Numbered from the stretch's first letter, positions 1-10,776 are shown. The stretch is DNA of 35,938 bases from Fusobacteriaceae bacterium (GCA_051647385.1 JBOFDW010000011.1:1-35938), one strand, 5' to 3'. Translations and numbers: made by a program. The notes: generated by a model from the sequence alone, not told the origin.

Positions 1-39
1 TTAAGATAAAAAATAAAATAATTTAAGGAAAATAAAAAC

Positions 40-519
40 GTGAATATAAATATTATCTGTGTTGGAAAAATTAAAGAGAAATATTTAAACGAAGGCATAG
101 AAGAATTTTTGAAGAGGCTTACAACAACTGCAAAAATAAATATCCGAGAGATAAAAGATTTTGGCGACGATGATGAAAAAAATAAATCCATCGAAAAAGA
201 ATCTCAAGAAATTTTGAAGATTATAGGAAAAAAGCTTGAAAAAAATCGAGGATATAGTATACTCTTAGATATAGGCGGAAAAAATTTTAGCTCAGAAGAG
301 ATGGCAGAGCAGATAGAAAAAATTTGTGTAAGCGGTGAGAGTACCATAAATTTCATAATTGGTGGCTCGTATGGAGTTAGTGATGAAGTTAAAGATAGAG
401 TTGATTTGAGATTAAGTTTTTCGAAAATGACTTTTCCACATCAGTTGATGAGGCTTATACTTCTGGAACAAATTTATAGATGGACAGGAATTTTAAACAA
501 TACAAAATATCACAAATAA
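40..519 (+). CDS. rlmH: 23S rRNA (pseudouridine1915-N3)-methyltransferase RlmH
   Basis: 159-aa ORF with a GTG start. Size and motifs fit SPOUT-family RlmH: N-terminal MNINIICVGKIKEKY, C-terminal IIGGSYGVSDEV...LSFSKMTFPHQLMRLILLEQIYR. Confidence 0.85.
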   Translation: MNINIICVGKIKEKYLNEGIEEFLKRLTTTAKINIREIKDFGDDDEKNKSIEKESQEILKIIGKKLEKNRGYSILLDIGGKNFSSEEMAEQIEKICVSGESTINFIIGGSYGVSDEVKDRVDLRLSFSKMTFPHQLMRLILLEQIYRWTGILNNTKYHK

Positions 520-550
520 AATTTATACAAAAAGGAGAGGGAGGTATAGG

Positions 551-901
551 ATGTATTCACAAGGAGAGACTTTTGGCTACGAAATTGGTGGCAATGAGTT
601 TGAATTACATGTTATCGAAAATGTTTCTTACGGCGGTGAGGAATATATTTTGGCAGAAGATTTTGATGGAAAAATTCACGTGTTTTTATTTGACGAAGAT
701 AGCGAAGATGTGGAAAGAGTAAACGACAGAGCTGACGCACAAGAAATTATTAAGTATTGGAAGGATGAATATTTAGTCCCAGTCGATATGAAATATGATG
801 ATGATGGATATTATGATTTGGATGATGATGACATAAAATATTCAGAGTCTGATTCTTATTTTGACGACGACGATTATATAGAAGAAGATGAAGAATATTA
901 A
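551..901 (+). CDS. small acidic protein, DUF1292-like (UPF0473-like)
   Basis: 116-aa ORF preceded by the SD GGAGAGGGAGG. The pattern FELHVIENVSYGGEEYILAE...IHVFLFDEDSEDVERV plus a very acidic tail resembles DUF1292 proteins. The family assignment is from memory, not a search. Confidence 0.5.
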   Translation: MYSQGETFGYEIGGNEFELHVIENVSYGGEEYILAEDFDGKIHVFLFDEDSEDVERVNDRADAQEIIKYWKDEYLVPVDMKYDDDGYYDLDDDDIKYSESDSYFDDDDYIEEDEEY

Positions 902-1289
902 TATTGTTATAGAAGACCACGCTCAAAATTCTGAGCCAACTATTTATAATTATTTGGCAGAAAAAATTGAAGATGATTTTGTTGTTGAATATAAATACGA
1001 ATATAAAAATCTAGAAGAAGGAAATTCTTCTGGCGAAATATATTTTGAAAAATCTGGTGAGATTTTACGTGTGAAAAAAACTAGCAGAGAATTTTCTTAC
1101 TTGTTAAATATAGAGAAAGATATTTCACAGGTAATTTTGAAATTACTCGACAATGAGATTATTTTCAATTTAAAAAATATTACTAAAAATTTTGATGATG
1201 GGATTTTTTTGCTAAAATATGATATGCATGATGATGAAGGCGAGTTTGTATCAAGTGCTTCGTTAAAAATTTACGAAAAGGAAATGTGA
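888..1289 (+). CDS. hypothetical protein
   Basis: 133-aa ORF that overlaps the upstream gene by 14 nt and abuts the next gene, which suggests operon packing. No recognisable motif. Confidence 0.45.
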   Translation: MKNINIVIEDHAQNSEPTIYNYLAEKIEDDFVVEYKYEYKNLEEGNSSGEIYFEKSGEILRVKKTSREFSYLLNIEKDISQVILKLLDNEIIFNLKNITKNFDDGIFLLKYDMHDDEGEFVSSASLKIYEKEM

Positions 1290-2497
1290 AATTAGTTATG
1301 AAAAAATTTAGGAATATTTTAATTTTAATTTTATTATTAGTAATTATAAGTTGTTCGAGTCAAGAGGTGCGAAAGCCTTTGCCTTCACTTGCACCACCAA
1401 AAGCAACTGAAAAAACAACTTCACAAATACCAATAAAACTTTCTGATGGTGGAGCTGCAACAGTTCAAAATGAGATAAAAAATAATTGGAAAAATAATAT
1501 TAGTCGAGAAATTTTAGTTGGACCAGGTGTTGATATGTATGAAGTTTTGGTTGGTGAATATATGAGAATACCAAAAAGATTTATATCTGATATGCAAATG
1601 GACGAGAGCACTGAACTTAAATTTGTTTTCAACGAAGAGAAAGATTTTTATACTTTTAGATCTTTGTATCAAGGAATATATCCAGCCAATGTAACTTTTG
1701 ATGATGGGACAACAAAAGAAATAAAAATATATAATAAGATGAAATATAAGTTTACTAAGCAAGATTGTTATGAAGCTGCAAAAAATTTTTACGAGAAAGG
1801 TCTCTATCAAGAAGCACTTCAAATAATTGATTTGTATTCTATTGCGTTTCCAACGGACACTTATGAAAAATATTTTGGTTTGTTAAGACTAAAAGTTTAT
1901 TTAGCAACAAATAATTATCTTGATGCAAAAGTGGAAATTATGGAGCTAAAAAAAATGAAGTTTAGCCCAGAAGAGCAAAAATATTTGCAGGAATATGAGG
2001 AGAAAATTCTAGCTCAAAAACAAATCACTGCTGAACTTGAAAAAGTTGCGTTGCCCCCTGCTTTAATTCCGTATGCTGATGAAGTTATTTCTGCTGATAT
2101 AACTCCAGAAGAGAGAGCAAAATTAGAAGCTGCGAGCAATAAGTTTGAGCAAGCGAAAGATTTTTATTCACGAAGAAGATACAGTCAAGCCACAGTACTT
2201 TTGGAAAGCATGAATTCACAAGATAAAAATTATGACATGTCGAGATTTCATTTGGGGCAAGCTTATTTCCAGATGAAACTTTATGATAGAGCTTCTTTTG
2301 CTTATGAAACTTATTTGAGCAAACGTACAACTGACATAACCCAAGCTGAGGCAAGATTTAATTTGGCAATCTCATATATAAACTTGGGAAAAGAAAGCGA
2401 TGCAATGACTTTATTCCAATTGAATATGCAACTTTTTCCTGGAACTGCTTGGGAAAGAAAAAGTAATGTCGAAATAGTAAAATTAAAAAACAAATAA
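1286..2497 (+). CDS. TPR-repeat lipoprotein
   Basis: Signal peptide with a lipobox (LLLVIISC-SSQ). The real start is probably the ATG at 1298 (MKKFRNIL). The C-terminal half has TPR-like repeats (YYEAAKNFYEKGLYQEAL; FHLGQAYFQMKLYDRA; RFNLAISYINLGKESDA). Confidence 0.65.
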   Translation: MKLVMKKFRNILILILLLVIISCSSQEVRKPLPSLAPPKATEKTTSQIPIKLSDGGAATVQNEIKNNWKNNISREILVGPGVDMYEVLVGEYMRIPKRFISDMQMDESTELKFVFNEEKDFYTFRSLYQGIYPANVTFDDGTTKEIKIYNKMKYKFTKQDCYEAAKNFYEKGLYQEALQIIDLYSIAFPTDTYEKYFGLLRLKVYLATNNYLDAKVEIMELKKMKFSPEEQKYLQEYEEKILAQKQITAELEKVALPPALIPYADEVISADITPEERAKLEAASNKFEQAKDFYSRRRYSQATVLLESMNSQDKNYDMSRFHLGQAYFQMKLYDRASFAYETYLSKRTTDITQAEARFNLAISYINLGKESDAMTLFQLNMQLFPGTAWERKSNVEIVKLKNK

Positions 2498-2562
2498 AAA
2501 TAAAAATAAAAATATAAAAAGAAAAAAAATTAAACATAAAGAAAGAGGAGAGAAAAAAATAA

Positions 2563-4053
<1,491 letters not shown>

Positions 4054-4119
4054 AAAATAAATATAAAAATATTCAAAAAATAAAAATTATGAAGATTAGA
4101 ATAAAACGGAAGGAAATTT

Positions 4120-4482
4120 ATGTTATTACAACTTGCAATAATATTTGCTATAAATTATACAGGATTTATCTTGGAGAAACTTTTAAAGATACCACTGCCA
4201 GGCGTTATGATTGGCATGGTTCTTTTTTATATTTTGCTGGAAACAAAAATTATCAAGCTTTCAAAAATAGAAAAAACTGCTGATATTTTAATTTTTCATA
4301 TGATGCTATTTTTAATTCCTGGTATGGTTGGCATAATTGAATATACGAAAGATATTTTGCCACAATTTTTAAAAATAATTTTTCTTTTGATAATTACCAC
4401 AGGAATTACAATGGCAGTCACAGCTAAGACAGTTCATTTTATGATTTTATTTTTGGCAAAATTTGAGAAGGAGAAAAAATAA
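4120..4482 (+). CDS. lrgA: CidA/LrgA family holin-like membrane protein
   Basis: 120-aa protein with four TM segments, SD GGAAGGA upstream. Its stop overlaps the start of the LrgB-like gene (TAATG). Confidence 0.75.
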   Translation: MLLQLAIIFAINYTGFILEKLLKIPLPGVMIGMVLFYILLETKIIKLSKIEKTADILIFHMMLFLIPGMVGIIEYTKDILPQFLKIIFLLIITTGITMAVTAKTVHFMILFLAKFEKEKK

Positions 4483-5186
4483 TGTCAGAAGTTTTGAAAG
4501 AAATAATTTTTAATAATAGATTTTTTTGGCTTATATTTTCTATCGGAATCTATGAAGGCATCGCTGTACTTTTCAAAAAATATAAAAATCCATTTTTAAA
4601 TCCACTTTTAATAACAGGACTTTTCATAATTGGAGTTTTATATTTTTTTGATTTACCTTTGGAATATTTTAAAAAAGGTGGAGATGTATTAGATTTGTTT
4701 TTAGGTCCAGCGACAATTGCACTTTTAGTTCCACTTTATAGGCAGTTCCATTTATTAAAAAAACATTACATTCCTATTTTAACTGGAGCAATAGTTGGTG
4801 CAATTACCGCAATAATTTCTGTTTATTTTATCGGGAAATTATTAGGAATAGATTCTAAAATAATTTTATCGGTTATTCCAAAATCAATCACTAGCCCATT
4901 TGGAACTGAGGCAAGCAAAATACTTGGAGGGCTTCCACCAATAACAATTTTTTCTATTGTTGTAACAGGAATTTCTGGAAATGTTATGGCGACTTCCATT
5001 TTTAAATTAATTGGAAATGTCCATCCCGTTGCAAAAGGAGTTGGGATAGGTTGCTCAAGTCATCTGAGTGGAACTGCAAAAGCAATTGAACTTGGAGAAG
5101 TTGAAGGAGCAATGAGCGCAACGTCAATTGTTGTAGCTGGAATAATAACTATAATTATAGTTCAAGTTATGCCAAAACTTTTTTAG
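4482..5186 (+). CDS. lrgB: LrgB family membrane protein
   Basis: 234-aa polytopic membrane protein, coupled to lrgA. Typical LrgB stretches are present (LGPATIALLVPLY, KSITSPFGTEAS, GIGCSSHLSGTAKA). Confidence 0.85.
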   Translation: MSEVLKEIIFNNRFFWLIFSIGIYEGIAVLFKKYKNPFLNPLLITGLFIIGVLYFFDLPLEYFKKGGDVLDLFLGPATIALLVPLYRQFHLLKKHYIPILTGAIVGAITAIISVYFIGKLLGIDSKIILSVIPKSITSPFGTEASKILGGLPPITIFSIVVTGISGNVMATSIFKLIGNVHPVAKGVGIGCSSHLSGTAKAIELGEVEGAMSATSIVVAGIITIIIVQVMPKLF

Positions 5187-5246
5187 AGATTTAAAAAAAT
5201 TAAAAATAAAAAAATTTATATATAAAATTTGCCACGAGGTGATAAA

Positions 5247-5954
5247 ATGAAAGTTCTTATAGTTGAAGATGACATAGAAATTCAAAATCTTGTGGCTTTT
5301 TATTTTCAAAAAGAAGGATATGAAGTTGAAGTTGCAAGTGATGGAATAGAAGGAATGAAAATTCTGAAAAAAAATCATCATGATTTAATAATTTTGGATT
5401 TGATGTTACCAAATCTTGACGGGAAAAATTTTGTGAAAATTATTAGAAGTCTTTCTGAAGAGTATGGAAATCCCAAAATTATAATTTTGTCGGCTAAGGG
5501 AGAAATTGAAGATGTGCTTGAAGGTCTAACTTTTGGAGCAGATGATTATATGAAAAAACCTTTTGACCCCAGGGAATTAATTTTGAGAGCACAAAAACTT
5601 TTAGCGAATAATTCTTCTAATTCATCATTGGATACAAAAAATAAAAATTCTAAAAATTTAAAATATAATTTTGAGAAAATTTTTGTTGATGAAGAAAAAC
5701 GACTTGTAAAATTTGAAGAGAAAGAAATTGACCTCTCGAAAAAAGAATATGATTTGCTTTTGTTGTTGCTAAATAATATTGGAATAGTTTTGACACGTGA
5801 AAAAATTTTGGATATGGTTTGGGGGACGGATTATTTTTCTGGAGATAGAAGTGTCGATGTTTATATTTCAAAGTTGCGGGAGAAGTTGCCGACGCTTACT
5901 AAAAGTTTAAAAACTCTCAAGGGGGTGGGTTATAAATTAGAAGAAAAGAAATAA
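5247..5954 (+). CDS. OmpR-family response regulator
   Basis: MKVLIVEDD start at the ATG at 5247; the ORF-track TTG at 5229 is probably too early. Receiver domain (DLIILDLMLP, DDYMKKPF) plus a winged-helix output domain (LSKKEYDLLLLL...VDVYISKLREKL...GVGYKL). An Asn/Ser/Lys-rich linker is inserted. Confidence 0.9.
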   Translation: MKVLIVEDDIEIQNLVAFYFQKEGYEVEVASDGIEGMKILKKNHHDLIILDLMLPNLDGKNFVKIIRSLSEEYGNPKIIILSAKGEIEDVLEGLTFGADDYMKKPFDPRELILRAQKLLANNSSNSSLDTKNKNSKNLKYNFEKIFVDEEKRLVKFEEKEIDLSKKEYDLLLLLLNNIGIVLTREKILDMVWGTDYFSGDRSVDVYISKLREKLPTLTKSLKTLKGVGYKLEEKK

Positions 5955-6052
5955 TAGAAATAGCTCTAATTTTATTTTTAGAAATTTTTTTTGTTTGGTC
6001 GAACAATGATAGCAAACCCAAATTAATTTTTAGTATTTTATTTTTTATAATT

Positions 6053-7222
6053 TTGGATTTAGCTTTTTTCAAACTTTTTTTCTCAACTTTGAAAACTGGT
6101 TTTTTTGAAAAAGCAGAAAAAGAAAGAAGAGATTTTTTATTTCATCGTTCAGTGGAAGAACTTGAAAAAATAGAATTAGAAAAGAAAAAATTAGTTGGAA
6201 TAATAAATTCTGTGGATATGGCAATAGTTTTAACAAATAAAAATTTTGGAATAATTTCTAAAAATAAAACTTTGGATTATCTTTTTCAACCTGCAACCAC
6301 AAATAATTGTCTTGCAAGTATAAAACACATTGAAATTATAAATATTATAAAAAATTTTCTAAAAAATAATAGAATTAAAGAAAAAAATAAAAATCAAAAT
6401 ATAGAAAAAGAAATTAGTGAAGAAGTTTATTTGATAAGTTTAAAAAAACATTTTTTGGTCACGATAAAATATTTTGAAGAATCTGAAAATTATTTGATAA
6501 TGATAAAAGATATTACTTTTATAAAAGAAATTTCAGAAATACAAAAAAAATTTATTAGTAATGTTAGCCACGAATTGAAAACTCCTCTTACAAATATAAA
6601 AGGATATCTTATTGCTCTTGAAGATTCACCACAAGATAAAAAAGCAGAATTTTTAAATATTATTTATAAAAATATTAATAAACTTGAAAATTTAATTTCA
6701 GATTTTTTAAATCTTGTAAAAATAGAAAATAATTCTTTCTTAAATATTCAAGATATAAAAATTTCTAAAATTAAAAATTCTTTAACAGAAAATTTGAACG
6801 GACTTATAAAAAATAAAAATGCTAAAATAAATTTTCATGGCAAATTTTCAAAAGAATATTCAGAAGAAATAATAAAAATAGATTTTGATAAAATTATTTT
6901 AATTTTAAAAAATCTTGTTGAGAATGGAATAATTTATAATATTAATCAAAGTCCAGAAATAAATATAACTTTTTTGGAAGAGGAAGGCAAATATAAATTT
7001 ATAGTTTCTGATAATGGAATTGGAATTTCTAGAGAAAATTACAAAAAAATTTACGAAAGATTTTATAGAGTTGATGAAGCGAGAACGACAAATCTTTCTG
7101 GTTCAGGACTTGGACTTGCCATTGTAAAAGAAATTATTCAAAATTTTAAAGGCACAATAATTTTAGAATCTGAGCTTGGAAGCGGTACAACTTTTGTTGT
7201 TGAATTTTTTCTACAACAATAA
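6053..7222 (+). CDS. sensor histidine kinase (HisKA + HATPase_c)
   Basis: H-box SHELKTPLTNIKGY, N-box NLVENGIIYN, G1 DNGIGI, G2 GSGLGLAIVKEI. The frame stays open upstream to 5936 and encodes TM-like segments, so the true start is probably upstream (see findings). Confidence 0.88.
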   Translation: MDLAFFKLFFSTLKTGFFEKAEKERRDFLFHRSVEELEKIELEKKKLVGIINSVDMAIVLTNKNFGIISKNKTLDYLFQPATTNNCLASIKHIEIINIIKNFLKNNRIKEKNKNQNIEKEISEEVYLISLKKHFLVTIKYFEESENYLIMIKDITFIKEISEIQKKFISNVSHELKTPLTNIKGYLIALEDSPQDKKAEFLNIIYKNINKLENLISDFLNLVKIENNSFLNIQDIKISKIKNSLTENLNGLIKNKNAKINFHGKFSKEYSEEIIKIDFDKIILILKNLVENGIIYNINQSPEINITFLEEEGKYKFIVSDNGIGISRENYKKIYERFYRVDEARTTNLSGSGLGLAIVKEIIQNFKGTIILESELGSGTTFVVEFFLQQ

Positions 7223-7257
7223 AACTGTAAACTAAAAATTATATTATAAAAAATATA

Positions 7258-7292
7258 AAAAAAGCACAAAATTTTCTATTTTGTGCTTTTAA
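7258..7292 (+). terminator. rho-independent terminator after the two-component operon
   Basis: AGCACAAAAT-tttct-ATTTTGTGCT stem followed by T residues, 40 bp after the kinase stop. Confidence 0.7.
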
Positions 7293-7381
7293 AATTTAGT
7301 ATTATAAGTTCAAAATTATTTATAATGTAATTTTATATTATAATTTTAAATTTTACCACAGTTTTATGACATGTTTTTTTT

Positions 7382-7410
7382 TTGACAAATAGAAAATATA
7401 AGTGTATAAT
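7382..7410 (+). promoter_or_regulatory. sigma70-like promoter of the XRE-TPR regulator
   Basis: TTGACA (7382-7387), exact 17-nt spacer, then TATAAT (7405-7410) with a TG extension. A T-run lies upstream. Confidence 0.6.
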
Positions 7411-7457
7411 TTCTCATACTCAATATATTTTTTGTTGGTAAATTAGGTAGAGGAGGA

Positions 7458-8741
7458 ATGAAAATGAAAAAGTATTTGTCACCACATGAGAAGATAGCAA
7501 TTCTTAGAAGAAAATACGATATTACTCAAGAAGAACTTGCTGCAAATCAGAAATTTTCAAAAATATCATTAGCACTTATAGAAACAAAAAGAAGAGGTGC
7601 TACTCCAAATATTGTAAAACTTATTTGTGAAAATTTCAACGAAGTTTTTAAGAAAAAAAATATTAAAGATCATGCTGATTTTGACGAAATAATAAAATCA
7701 AAGGCTGAACAGGCAAAAGAATTTTTGGATGATTTGCTTGCAAAAAATATGATTATAAAAACAGGTGTAACAGATATAGATGAGGCTATATTTGAACTTG
7801 AATCAGTTGACAATTCAAAATATTGTTTCACAATTGGAAAACTTTTTTTTGAAAATGGTAATATGAAATATGCGAAATATTATATTGGAAAAGGAATGCT
7901 TGGTCATTTCGGTAAAAAAGAACTTCACAATTTAAAAGATTTAATTTTGATGAGCGTTCAAATAAATAATAATTCAGGAAACTTTGAAGAGACGATTTCC
8001 ATGGTAGAGAGATACAAAACTGAAATTCAGACTGTTACAGAAATTGTTTGCCATACAATTATGTATTATTATGCTGTTGCACTTTTTGAAACAGGAAAAG
8101 TAAAAGAGGCTGTGACTATTTTGACTCCTCTTTCTAAAGGGAAAAGAGTTCAAGATAAAATTTTGAAACTTAAAATCAAAATTACACTTGCTGAAATAGG
8201 TTATAAAAATTTTAGTAGAAGAAAGAAATCTGTAAAAACATTTTTTTCTCTATTAGCCGAGGCACCAGACAATGCAAAAAGAGAAATTTATTTTAATATG
8301 TTAGAAATAGGTCTAATAGATAAAAAAATAATTAATATCGAAGAAATTATAAAAACATTAGAGGTGTCTTTAAAATCTTCAAAACCAAATCAGTGTGAAC
8401 TTTTCAAAATTTATTTGAAAATAGCTAAAGCTTATGAGCTAATAAAAAATCCTGATTTAGCAAAAGAATATTTTGCAAAAGCTTTGAGTTTAAGCGATGA
8501 GTCAATTACAAATAAAATGAAATTTGATGCAATATCTAGTGCTATAAAATTTGTGTTTGACTTAGGGCTTACGAAATTTAAAAAAGAAAAAAATTATATA
8601 GAAAGTTTAGAAAAAATTTACAAAGAATTATTTGCTAAAGAGAAAAATTTTGAACCACTAACTTATTTCATAGAATTTTATTCTGAATGGAAAAAGTTTT
8701 CAGTTAAAGAATATTTATCTTATTACAGAAATATAAGATAA
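7458..8741 (+). CDS. XRE-family HTH regulator with C-terminal TPR-like domain (RNPP-like architecture)
   Basis: N-terminal HTH (ITQEELAANQKFSKISLALIETKRRGATPNIV) followed by about 350 aa of helical-repeat sequence. SD spacing favours the second ATG at 7464. Confidence 0.75.
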   Translation: MKMKKYLSPHEKIAILRRKYDITQEELAANQKFSKISLALIETKRRGATPNIVKLICENFNEVFKKKNIKDHADFDEIIKSKAEQAKEFLDDLLAKNMIIKTGVTDIDEAIFELESVDNSKYCFTIGKLFFENGNMKYAKYYIGKGMLGHFGKKELHNLKDLILMSVQINNNSGNFEETISMVERYKTEIQTVTEIVCHTIMYYYAVALFETGKVKEAVTILTPLSKGKRVQDKILKLKIKITLAEIGYKNFSRRKKSVKTFFSLLAEAPDNAKREIYFNMLEIGLIDKKIINIEEIIKTLEVSLKSSKPNQCELFKIYLKIAKAYELIKNPDLAKEYFAKALSLSDESITNKMKFDAISSAIKFVFDLGLTKFKKEKNYIESLEKIYKELFAKEKNFEPLTYFIEFYSEWKKFSVKEYLSYYRNIR

Positions 8742-8781
8742 GATTTAATAAAGAAAAATAAAATAAAAAATTAAGAAAAAC

Positions 8782-8816
8782 AAAAAACAGAGCTGAATTT
8801 CTCAGCTCTGTTTTTT
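8782..8816. terminator. bidirectional rho-independent terminator between convergent genes
   Basis: AAAAAA-CAGAGCTGA-atttc-TCAGCTCTG-TTTTTT: a perfect 9-bp stem flanked by an A-run and a T-run. Confidence 0.8.
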
Positions 8817-8865
8817 ATTAGAAAAAAATTATAAGTTATTTTTGGATAAATAATTTTTTAATAGA

Positions 8866-9714
8866 TTAGTTATCTCTGTAAATATTAAATTTTTTCGTTA
8901 CAACTTCTAATCTGTCAAGCCTAGTAAAAGTTTCTTCTTTATTTTCTACACCAAGTTTTAATAATAGAGCATTTAAAACAGCAAAAGAAGGAATATAAGT
9001 GTGTGCCTTGCCGCTATTTTTTGAAGTAATTACCAAGTCAGACAAATTTGCAAGGACAGAATTATCTTTATCGGTCAAAGTAATAATTTTGTTTTTATTT
9101 TCTTTGAAAAATTCTGTGACTTGGCAGGTGAAATTTGTATATGGATGAAAAGAAATCGCAAAAAGTAAATCATCTTTCTCAGAGAAAACTAATTTATCAG
9201 TGAAATCAGAAGCACCAGAAATTAAAAGTTCAACACCATCGCGAAATTCTTTTAAAATATAATAAAGATGGTACGCCAAAGAATATGAACCTCTTGCCCC
9301 CAAAATATAAATTTTTCTAGATTTTTTTATCCATTCAATAGCGGTATCTATTTTTTTTTCTAACTCGGCACAATTCATAGACTTCAGCAATTCAATATTT
9401 GTTTCCACTACATCTTGCAAAACATTTTCTCGCAAAGAATCTTCTATGCTTGTTTTTAATTTTTTCATTGGAGCATCTTTTGCTTCGACTTCCTTTTGAA
9501 AAACTTTTTGAAAATCAGAATATTTTGTATATCCAAGTTTATGAACAAATCTAGTAATTGTTGCTGGACTAGTTTTAACTTCGCTGGCAATTTCAGTTAT
9601 GTTTATAAAAGCTAATCTGTTCTCGTGAAATTTTATAAAATCAACAATTTTTTTATCACTTTTACTAAAACTATTGTAATTAGTTTTTAGATATTCCAAG
9701 AATTTTTTTTTCAA
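8866..9714 (-). CDS. MurR/RpiR family transcriptional regulator
   Basis: N-terminal HTH_6-type region (NITEIASEVKTSPATITRFVHKLGY) and a C-terminal SIS domain (IYILGARGSYSLAYHLYY). Confidence 0.85.
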   Translation of the reverse strand: MKKKFLEYLKTNYNSFSKSDKKIVDFIKFHENRLAFINITEIASEVKTSPATITRFVHKLGYTKYSDFQKVFQKEVEAKDAPMKKLKTSIEDSLRENVLQDVVETNIELLKSMNCAELEKKIDTAIEWIKKSRKIYILGARGSYSLAYHLYYILKEFRDGVELLISGASDFTDKLVFSEKDDLLFAISFHPYTNFTCQVTEFFKENKNKIITLTDKDNSVLANLSDLVITSKNSGKAHTYIPSFAVLNALLLKLGVENKEETFTRLDRLEVVTKKFNIYRDN

Positions 9715-9865
9715 AATTTTCCTCCTATGTTTTCTCAGATTTTATTAAATATTATATGTTACATATCATCAAAAAGCAAGTCGAAAAAGTATGTGATTTT
9801 TTACTTGGCAAGTTTGAAAAATAATAGTAAAATTTCTCTGATAACTAAACAAAAGGAAAATTTTA

Positions 9866-10190
9866 TGAAAATAATTTTAATGATAGATTCTTTTAAAGGT
9901 AGTTTAAGTTATTTAGAAGTTACTGGTTTTTTTAAAAAATAAATAAAAAAAGTTTCACCTAAAAGCAAAGTTATAAAAATTTCTATGTCTGATGGCGGAG
10001 AAGGAACTAGAGAACTTAGAAGAAACACAACAAGAAAAGGAGGCAGACTTGTTATTACTGGAGAAGGTTGCATTGATTTACAATCTAATCTGTCATGAAA
10101 AAAGAACATATTGGTGTTTCTAAAATTTAAAAACTGAATTAACACAATGTTTTCAATTATCAAATAAATTTGTAGGAAAAAGTTCTCAAC
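9866..10190 (+). pseudogene. glycerate kinase remnant (internally deleted, frameshifted)
   Basis: Three fragments match glycerate kinase signatures: MKIILMIDSFKGSLS (stop at 9941); ISMSDGGEGT...RLVITGEGCIDLQS in another frame (9952-10098); then KKEHIGVSKI in a third. The total is about 0.3 kb against roughly 1.1 kb for an intact gene. Confidence 0.6.
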
Positions 10191-10230
10191 CAAAAACCTT
10201 TTTTTATTTGTGCAACTTTTTCAGCAAAGA

Positions 10231-10257
10231 AAAAAAGAGTATCAATTGACACCCTTA
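10231..10257 (-). terminator. putative rpsT terminator
   Basis: The minus-strand RNA GGGUGUC-AAUU-GAUACUC pairs fully when G-U wobbles are allowed, and is followed by U7. Confidence 0.4.
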
Positions 10258-10281
10258 GAATTTTTAGCTTTTATAAAATTA

Positions 10282-10542
10282 TTAAAGTGCGTTAACTTTT
10301 AAAGCGAGACGCGCTTTTTTTCTTGCAGCAGTATTTGCTTTCAAAATTCCTTTTGAAACTGCTTTGTCTAATTCTTTATAAGCAACAGATAAAGAAGTTG
10401 TAGCAAGTTCTTTTGATTTATCTTCAATTGCAGACAAAACTTTTTTAGCCATAGTTTTCACTCTTGACTTAACCGCTTGATTTCTCTTTCTATTTCTTTC
10501 AGCTATTTCGATTCTCTTCTTTGCTGATGTAGAATGTGCCAT
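10282..10542 (-). CDS. rpsT: 30S ribosomal protein S20
   Basis: 86-aa basic protein starting MAHSTSAKKRIEIAERNRKRNQAVKSRVKT. SD GGAGG upstream. Confidence 0.95.
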   Translation of the reverse strand: MAHSTSAKKRIEIAERNRKRNQAVKSRVKTMAKKVLSAIEDKSKELATTSLSVAYKELDKAVSKGILKANTAARKKARLALKVNAL

Positions 10543-10601
10543 TAAAAACCTCCATACTTAAAAATCTTAATAAATTATTTCGTTTATCAATCACGTTAGG
10601 T

Positions 10602-10629
10602 ATTGTATCATAAAATTTAAAAAAGTCAA
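10602..10629 (-). promoter_or_regulatory. putative rpsT promoter
   Basis: On the minus strand: TTGACT, 16-nt spacer, TACAAT with a TG extension, about 55 nt upstream of the start. Confidence 0.5.
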
Positions 10630-10668
10630 AGTAAAATATTTAATATATAAATAATTTTTTCTCGAAAT

Positions 10669-10708
10669 AAAAAACGAGAGCTTATAAAAAATACAACCCT
10701 CGTTTTTA
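10669..10708 (-). terminator. putative hpf terminator
   Basis: Minus-strand stem ACGAGGG/CUCUCGU (one G-U pair) followed by a U-run. The loop is long (16 nt), so confidence is moderate. Confidence 0.45.
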
Positions 10709-10776
10709 TTTAAAGTTTTAGAAAACTTTTTACTTATAAATTTTCAAATAAATATAAACTTAATTTTTTCTCTCAC

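Noticed and set aside
2498-2562. T-box leader upstream of lysS, and a lysine (L-box) riboswitch upstream of the aspartate kinase gene (35106-35331)
   Set aside because: The lysS gap is only about 65 nt of A-rich sequence. The lysC leader is A/T-rich low complexity without the conserved GC-rich L-box helices.
4089-4283. 64-aa ORF overlapping the start of lrgA in another frame
   Set aside because: It is out of frame with a convincing four-TM LrgA-like ORF that has a proper SD. Its product has no features.
9909-10193. 94-aa minus-strand ORF across the glycerate kinase remnant
   Set aside because: The plus-strand fragments carry recognisable glycerate kinase motifs. The minus-strand ORF is the mirror of decayed sequence and has no SD.
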